A stretch of 15,102 nt of DNA from contig NW_021825519.1 in assembly GCF_006345805.1 (NCBI RefSeq), positions 1 to 15,102 on the forward strand. The letters are read 5' to 3'. How positions within the stretch are numbered: the first letter of the stretch is position 1; every line of letters starts with the position of its first letter. The stretch is from Octopus sinensis (lineage: Eukaryota). Under the pieces are notes generated by a model. It saw only the letters and a program-made list of their open reading frames with translations, did not search any database and was not told the DNA's origin. The position numbers and the translations under genes are program-made. Positions 8,408 to 15,102 of the stretch are shown here, one piece after another.

Positions 8408-8660
8408 GGCGGCGAGTTGGCAGAATCGTTAGCACGCCGGGCGAAATGCTTCGCGGTACTTCGCCTGTCATTACGCCCCGAATTCAAATTCCACCGAGGT
8501 CGACTTCGCCTTTCATCCTTTCGGCGAGGTCGGTAAATTAAGTGCCAGTTGAGTACTGGGGTCGATGTAATCGACTTAATCCCATCCCCCCAAATCTGAG
8601 GCCATCTGCCTATAGTAGAAAGGATCATCATCATCATCATCATCACCACCATCACCACCA
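8408..8660 (+). mobile_element. SINE family A with (ATC)n/(ACC)n tail
   Basis: Starts GGCGGCGAGTTGGCAGAATCGTTAGCACGCCGGGCGAAATGC immediately after (ATT)n; homologous to 291-460. Confidence 0.9.
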
Positions 8661-9035
8661 GTGAACTAAGGTAACACCTATTATTTTTCGAGCACATTCC
8701 GGAGTATTCGAGCGGTTCCAAGCAGTGCTGTTTTCCTGCAAGTGCTTAACCCTTATTGCAACCCCTATTTGTTCCATGTACTTCTCAAGATTTTTTACTC
8801 ACTGTTCCCAGGCCTCCGACAGTTATTGGTACTACTACTATCTTTTTCATCGACAACAACTGCTTAATCTCCCAAGCTAATCTGTCATATCTATCGACTT
8901 TTCTTTCTTCCTTATCGCATACCTTGTTGTCTTGTTGTCAGCTGGGTATGCTATATTTATGATCAAGCATAGTTTGCTTTCTTTCTCAATTAAGACTATG
9001 TCTGGCTTCCTATTCTCTATCTCATGGTCGCACTA
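8661..9035 (-). pseudogene. R4/Dong-clade LINE 3' fragment: restriction-like endonuclease domain to stop codon, plus short 3' UTR remnant
   Basis: Minus-strand translation with three frameshifts: DHEIENRKPDIVLIEKESKLCLIINIAYPADN / VCDKEERKVDRYDRLAWEIKQLLSMKKIVVVPITVGGLGTVSK / LEKYMEQIGVAIRVKHLQ / KTALLGTARILRNVLEK*. The RKPD codons are at 9000-9011 and the stop at 8681-8683. This is the characteristic PD-(D/E)xK RLE C-terminus. Confidence 0.88.
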
Positions 9036-9037
9036 TT

Positions 9038-9298
9038 CTTCTTCTTCTTCTTTTGCTTTCCTTCTTGTCTTCTTCTTTTCTTCCTCCTTCTTCTTCTTTC
9101 TTCTTCTCTTCTTAACATTATTACTATTACTTTTACTATTATTATTATTATATATTATTATTATTATTATTATTATTTATTATTATTTATTATTATATCA
9201 TTATTATCATTATTATCATCAATCATCATTATTATTATTATTGTTTGTTGGGTTGTTGTGTTATTATTATTATTATTATCATTATCAATTATTATTTT
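9038..9298. repeat. Compound (CTT)n then (ATT)n microsatellite
   Basis: Read directly. Confidence 0.95.
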
Positions 9299-9301
9299 TA
9301 A

Positions 9302-9393
9302 GGCGGCGAGCTAGCAAATCGTTAGTACGCCGGCGAAATGCTTCGAAGTATTTCGTCTGCTGCTCCGTTCTGAGTTCAAATTCCGCCGTGGTC
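9302..9393 (+). mobile_element. SINE family A head, 3'-truncated
   Basis: GGCGGCGAGCTAGCAAATCGTTAGTACGCCGGCGAAATGC...TGAGTTCAAATTCCGCCG, directly after (ATT)n. Confidence 0.85.
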
Positions 9394-9410
9394 TGCAACA
9401 TACAGACTGA

Positions 9411-9532
9411 CACACACACACACACACACACCCACACACACACACACCACACACTCCTCACTCTCTCTCTCCTCTCTCTCTCCTCATCTCTCTCCTCTCC
9501 TCTCTCTCCTCTTCTCTCTCTCACACACACAC
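9411..9532. repeat. (CA)n/(CT)n compound microsatellite
   Basis: Read directly. Confidence 0.93.
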
Positions 9533-9799
9533 GTCTGTAAGTCCACGTAGTAGAAATATAAACATTGGAAATTTAAATATTTCTCTGAAGATTAGACGAA
9601 CAGCCTTCATCGATTTTCGAACATTATTGTGTTCTCATCAGAAGTGTCTTCATCATTTGACCACTCCGATACAAAGAAGCAACTTATGCTTATATACTCA
9701 ACAAATCCAGTAGCTAAAGTGAAATGGAGCCACTAATCTGCATACAGTAAGCGCTTAGCGTTTAGTACTTTATTTAATACCAGCAGCCTATATATATAT

Positions 9800-9983
9800 A
9801 AAGGGAAAGTTTAAGAAAATAATAAAAAAAGACGAAGGCAGGTGGAGTACAAACAAACAAATGTATTAGTATAGCGCTCAGGAATAGAAATAGAAAAAGT
9901 CTTTTACGTTTCGAGCCTACGCTCTTCGACAGAAAGATACACCAGAAAAAAAACAAGGAGAGAAAAAATGCGTGTAGGAGCTA
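9800..9983 (-). mobile_element. Family P hammerhead-bearing element, second copy
   Basis: Reverse-complement homologue of 3082-3213; ends at (TA)n 9789-9800. Confidence 0.65.
9900..9937 (-). ncRNA. Minimal type I hammerhead-like motif, core variant CUGUCGA
   Basis: TCTTT-CTGTCGA-A-GAGC-GTAG-GCTC-GAAAC-GTA-AAAGA on the minus strand, with a 5-bp stem I. Confidence 0.5.
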
Positions 9984-10092
9984 ACGATCTATCATGGCGT
10001 CCTGACTTCGGACGTCGATCGATGAAATCAGTGCTCAACACCGCATTTGTGGATATGTAATGTATGTGTATATATATAATATATATATATAT

Positions 10093-10240
10093 GTGGCTGT
10101 GTGGTAAGAATCTTGCTTCCCAACCACATGGTTCCGGGGCACCTTGCGTGACACCTTGCGCAAGTGTTTTGTACTATAGCCTCGGGCCGACCAAAGCATT
10201 GTGAGTGAATTTGGTCGACGGAAACTGAAAGAAGCCCATC

Positions 10241-10273
<33 letters not shown>

Positions 10274-10510
10274 TATATATATATGTATGTGTTTGTCTTT
10301 GTGTATGTGTCTGTTTCTCCATCACCGCTTGACAACCGGTGGGGATGTGCTTACAATGACCGTAACGTAGCGGTTCGGCATAAGAGATCGATAGAATCGG
10401 TACTAGGCTTTAAAAAAAGTCCCAGGGTTAATTTGTTCGACTAAAACACTTTAAGGAGGTGCTCCAGCATGGCCGCAGTCAAGTTACCGAAACGTAAAAG
10501 AAAAGAATAT
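10093..10510 (+). mobile_element. Full bipartite SINE family B (head 10093-10241, (TA)n, tail 10286-10510)
   Basis: The head retains the AGCATTGTGAGTGAATTTGGTCGACGGA segment that is missing from the 3302-3777 copies. Confidence 0.88.
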
Positions 10511-10654
10511 AAATATACAAAACAGTTTTCTCATAAATATATGATTCGTTCATATCCATCTATCTATCTATTGATCGATCGATCAATCTGCGTGTGTGCG
10601 CATGCGTGTGAGCGTGTATGCGTGCGTATATGATGTACTTGTCTCTCATTGTTT

Positions 10655-10815
10655 GACATCGAGTGTTGGTTTGTTTTCGTCCTCGTAATTTCGCGGTTTG
10701 GCAAAAAAGATAGCGATTTGTAATAGATACTGGGCGTGACTTGACCGACAAAGCCCTCCAAGATGGTGACCCCAGCATGGCAGCAGCCCAATGACTTGAA
10801 CCAGAGAATAAAAAT
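10655..10815 (+). mobile_element. Old, diverged SINE B-like tail
   Basis: TTGACATCGAGTGTTGGTTTGTTTTCGTCCTCGTAA..GCGGTTTGGCAAAA...CCCCAGCATGGCAGCAG aligns loosely to 3905-4060. Confidence 0.6.
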
Positions 10816-11065
10816 GTAAAGTACATACATATATCTATTCTCGTGCATATACGAACAAGTAAGAAAACGTATTTGTGTGTGTATACGCATATATGTAGTC
10901 GCATGCATGTATTTATGTAAGTATGTATGAATACACGTATGTGTATATATATATATATTATATATATATATGAATAAAATATTAGGGAATAAATCCAAAC
11001 TTACAGGGAAAAATCAGATTTAGGATTGAATCTAATTTTATAGTAAAATATTATATTATTTTAAA

Positions 11066-11276
11066 TAGAGATAAAACCACTATTAGGCAAATCATACAAT
11101 GAAAAACTTAAGCCAATAATAAGATTAATTAATTTAAATTATTTTAAATATATATCAAAATTATTATCTTTTTTTAATAATTTTGATATATATTTAAAAT
11201 AATATAAATTAATTAATCTTATGTATTGGCTTAAGTTTTTCATTGTATGATTTGCCTAATAGTGGTTTTATCTCTA
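11066..11276. repeat. Near-perfect AT-rich palindrome (arms about 101 bp, 8-nt loop)
   Basis: 11066-11166 against the reverse complement of 11175-11276 shows one mismatch and one 1-nt indel; the loop is TCTTTTTT (11167-11174). Confidence 0.95.
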
Positions 11277-11766
11277 ATTTAATATAATATATATATGTAT
11301 ATAATATTCTCCTTGTCCTGTCTTTTACTGTTTATATTTTGTACTGTCGTTACTGTCCTGTTTTTGTTACCATTTTTACCCCCCCCCGCAAAAATCTCAA
11401 ATTTTATTTAATTTGCTTTTCGCGGGAAGGAATGTTTCATTAAAGTCGTGTCTTGCTTTGACCTTCGAAACGCGGAGTAGATGAAACAAAGGCGACTGAA
11501 GAAGGGGAATTTTCCTTGTTTTGTATGTCCTGTACTCTATTTTTTCGTTGTTTAAGAAAAATGTCCATTTCCTTGGTTTTGTGTTTATGTTTTCGTTTCT
11601 CATTGTGTTCGACGTTTTTTTGGTGTCCTGTACCCATATATGCATGTATATATACATGTAGAGGTAGGTACGTACGTATATGTATGTGTATATGCATATG
11701 TTTTATTTTATTTATTAACTTATTATATGACGGAACGCACGCATTCATTTCTAAGTAAGATTGTTC

Positions 11767-11803
<37 letters not shown>

Positions 11804-11974
11804 TACACACACAGACACACAGACACACATATATATGTAGTATACACGCATGCCATCACATATGTGAAACGTGTCTTGACACATGCTATCACTTGTGTTA
11901 AGAATACCTACGTCGTTGGCTATGGTGATGTGTAAACATTTAGACGAGTAAAGTGTGATATAAGCATTGTCTGT

Positions 11975-12084
11975 CATCGTTTTAGAGTCGATAAACTAAA
12001 GTACCAGTCAGGTGTTAGAGTCGATGTAATCGAATATTTTCCTCCCACTTAAAGTGGTGGTCTTGGTCTCAAAATTTGAAACAA
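11975..12084 (+). mobile_element. SINE family A 3' fragment with (ATT)n tail
   Basis: CATCGTTTTAGAGTCGATAAACTAAAGTACCAG...GAGTCGATGTAATCGA...CAAAATTTGAAAC. Confidence 0.7.
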
Positions 12085-12105
12085 TTATTATCATTATTAT
12101 TATTA

Positions 12106-12139
<34 letters not shown>

Positions 12140-12181
12140 GCTACTCTTCTTCTTCTTCTTCTTCTTCTTCTTCTTCTTCTT

Positions 12182-12711
12182 GAACGAGAGAACAATACAT
12201 GCCATCAAAGTGACACGGGGGTACAAATATACGAAGGCCAATATACTCATCATGACTACCCGTCTGATAAGGGTACACCAGGCACATGAATCACAACCAT
12301 ATGTGCGCAACATGCAGATCTCATATCAAGATAAATAACGCATGAACTTGCAGGTGGGGCCCAGTTAGAACTTTCTTCAGGTTGAATAAGCCCATTTCAC
12401 TCAAAAGGTCCCTGAATAAGGGTTGCTTAAGGATGATGAACGAAACACCTATGTTTCCAGAGTTGAATTATTTAAACCCCCAAAGAATCCCTCTCAACAC
12501 ATGGCTATGACGCTCCCCCACTACTTCTGCTCGTGATCAGAGATGCACATATCGTCAGCCACTAAGGGACATGGTCAACTGGTTAAGGTCAAACAACTGA
12601 CAAGCAAATCTGTGGTATTGGGCAGAATATTTGTAGTAGCCCATCTTGTACACGATAACACTTCCAATCAGTTAAGATCAGAAACCACGAGAGCCACTGC
12701 CTGGTACTGCA
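12182..12711 (-). mobile_element. Unclassified ~530-bp dispersed non-coding element, parent of the 68-bp unit; strand tentative
   Basis: The first 69 bp match the 7733-8305 unit at about 87%, and both ends abut (CTT)n. No recognisable protein motif was found. Confidence 0.6.
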
Positions 12712-13048
12712 TTCTTCTTCTTGATTGAAGAAGGGGTTTGTACTGCTTGTCAAGGACCTCAAGACAGACAATACTATACGCAAGATGCGTGCAGTTCAAA
12801 ATAATGACGAATTTTGCAATACATCTAGATTGTAGGCTATTTCTAAGGTTTTCATGCTAAGGCTTTCAGATTGGGTGGTATTGAACCCAATGCTCCACAG
12901 ACAATCAGAATAGCCTTTATGTTTGACTCTCGTAGCTACCACATCTTAGCGATCTCAGTTCTTAGGTTTCCATATTAATGGTATGTGAATCTCCTGACAC
13001 TGCCACGTCAATTATTGGCGTATCTTAATATGCATTCTCTCTTGTGCG

Positions 13049-13139
13049 CCTGTGTGTGTGTCTTGAGTATGTGTGTGTGTATTGTGTATGTTGTGTGTAT
13101 GCGTGTGTGTTGTGTGTGTGTGTGCTGTGTGTGTGTGTG
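13049..13139. repeat. Imperfect (GT)n microsatellite
   Basis: Read directly. Confidence 0.93.
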
Positions 13140-13214
13140 GTCATAGAATTTCACAGCCGATGCAAAATATCTATATTGAGGTATAATTACTCCGTTTGTT
13201 CCACCGAACATGCA

Positions 13215-13585
<371 letters not shown>

Positions 13586-14091
13586 AAGTAGTGTTTATTG
13601 CCACATTAACGTGGATGTTTTCTCCAGCTGGTTTATTCGCTGCGCTTTCGCATTCGATATTTATTGCAAGCGAGAAATAACTCCTGCCACCCTAGCTCCG
13701 AGAAGACCACCTGACCACATGATTTCGATCTTTCATATTTATATAAAGCATTTGAAACCTGGAGAATTGCATGTTCCACATATTGAAACGTGAACTTCGT
13801 AAACAGCACTTGACTTCAATATCCTACACATTTTTCTGCCTGAAAACGTTTGTAACGTCTGTAGTCGGGTCTGTTTGCTAGTCATATGAGATCTCAGGAT
13901 AGCATTTTCTAATTGAAGACACGGACTTTTATCGTAAAGAAGTGGAGATATTCCCGGAAGAAAATTCTCCTCCTAGACACCTGTGATAACACATATTCTG
14001 TGAATGATGTCATCGAATCACAGTTTTCTGTGAGCTTTTGAGTTGACAGCTACGATCACCAATTCTGTTATTCGTAACACGTTTACTGATG

Positions 14092-14346
14092 CAGTTCTAT
14101 ATTTAAGAGATGAGGAATTATGTACATTATTTACAGTATTTACATTTTGACGGATTTCGTCCACATCTTGTTTGTTGTTAACACAACGTTTCGGCTGATA
14201 TACCCTCCAGCCTTCATTAGGTGTCTTGGGAGAAGTTTCGAACCTGGGTTCTCATTGCTAAGGTATTTTTCGTTGTTGTTGTTATTATTATTACAAACAA
14301 GATGAGGACAAAATCCGTCAAAATGTAAATAATGTAAATAATGTAC
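14092..14346 (-). mobile_element. Penelope-like short element with hammerhead-like motif and inverted terminal duplication
   Basis: 54-bp inverted arms at 14122-14175 and 14293-14346 (51/54), a hammerhead-like motif at 14180-14225, and a 13-bp direct repeat at 14079-14091 and 14345-14357. Confidence 0.6.
14180..14225 (-). ncRNA. Type I hammerhead-like motif with core mutation (CUAAUGA)
   Basis: GACAC-CTAATGA-A-GGCTG-GAGGGTATAT-CAGCC-GAAAC-GTT-GTGTT: 5-bp stems I and II, with G5 replaced by A. Confidence 0.6.
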
Positions 14347-14596
14347 GTTTACTGATGTTACTTCTCTATAATAAGTTCTCTACATAATAGATGTTCGGTG
14401 CCTGAGAATGTTATTTTCTGAATGTTAGGCAATTTTTTTTAAACCCTAGGTATTTGGTTATCTGTATGTCCGCTTGACAGTTTTTTTTTCTTATCACTTC
14501 TAAAGCAACTATAATCATAGAGATTGCTTCTGCTTTCATGCTTAACATTTTAGTTACTTAACTTTCCAGATATTAATATTTCAAAAATTCTTAAAA

Positions 14597-14812
14597 CGGC
14601 GTGCGGGCACAAGCGTTATCACGTCGGACAAAAAGCTTAGCGAGCATTTCGCCCATCTTTGCAATCTGTGTTCAAATTCCGCCGATGTAAAATTTGCCTT
14701 TCATCGTTTCAGAGTCGATAGGATAAGTACCAGCAGAGCACTGGGGTTGATGCAATCAACTTATCCCCTTCCCCAGAATTGCTGACCTTGTGCCAAATTT
14801 TGAAATCAATAT
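14597..14812 (+). mobile_element. Diverged SINE family A copy
   Basis: GTTCAAATTCCGCCGATGTAAAATTTGCCTTTCATCGTTTCAGAGTCGATAGGATAAGTACCAG...CTGGGGTTGATGCAATCAAC. Confidence 0.8.
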
Positions 14813-14847
14813 TTCAATAATTCTTCCATTCTCCCATGATAATATTA

Positions 14848-15066
14848 TCGGGATCGGTAAAATATGTACCTGTCAGACTCTGGGATCGATGTAAATGACT
14901 TGACTCCTCCCTTCAAAATTGTTGGCTTTGTGCCAAAATTAAAGAGAATCATCATCATCATCATCATCATCACCACCAACACCACCACCATCATCATCAT
15001 CCACCACCACCACCACCACCACCACCATCATCATCATCAATCATCATCATCTTCGTTATCATCACA

Positions 15067-15102
<36 letters not shown>
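14848..15102 (+). mobile_element. SINE family A 3' fragment (14848-14947) with long (ATC)n/(ACC)n tail to the window end
   Basis: GGATCGGTAAAATATGTACC...TGGGATCGATGTAA..GACTTG...TTGTGCCAAAATTAAAGAGAATCATCATC. Confidence 0.7.

Noticed and set aside
10570-10587. 18-bp perfect palindrome ATTGATCGATCGATCAAT
   Set aside because: It is explained by a short self-complementary (GATC)n repeat beside (TATC)n.
11455-11510. CCTTCGAAAC ... CTGAAGAAGG as a permuted (type II) hammerhead in a T-rich, probably repetitive segment (about 11300-11640)
   Set aside because: Stem I cannot be formed next to the core, and GAAAC is followed by GCG rather than GUH. It may still be a decayed relative.
12505-12540. U1 snRNA-like words on the minus strand (TGATCACGA, GTAGTGGGGGA)
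   Set aside because: Matches of 9-11 nt are expected by chance in 15 kb, and the spacing and the rest of U1 are absent.
12870-12965. Possible 96-nt symmetric exon (CTTTCAG|...CTTAG|GTTTCC; LGGIEPNAPQTIRIAFMFDSRSYHILAISVLR)
   Set aside because: The donor is weak, the stronger donor at 12981 lies beyond an in-frame stop, and the peptide is not recognised. RNA-seq would be needed.

Overview
Eukaryotic, AT-rich, repeat-saturated genomic DNA, most likely from an octopod cephalopod. That assignment is an inference from recognising the tRNA-derived SINE families and the dense compound microsatellites; it was not checked by search. No intact protein-coding gene is supported: the supplied ORFs are microsatellite or SINE artefacts. 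The window is a nested mosaic of three tRNA-derived SINE families, two decayed R4/Dong-clade (restriction-like endonuclease) LINE fragments on the minus strand that the ORF track misses, a putative MITE, and a ~211-bp near-perfect palindrome. It also holds two microsatellite-spaced tandem triplications. The most notable signal is a set of short non-coding elements carrying minimal hammerhead-ribozyme motifs of the Penelope-like-element type: four clear motifs (3126, 6902, 9900, 14180) and one weak one (9605). There is also a partial HDV-like ribozyme fold at 5100-5152 and one possible hydrophobic terminal exon at 7289-7404.
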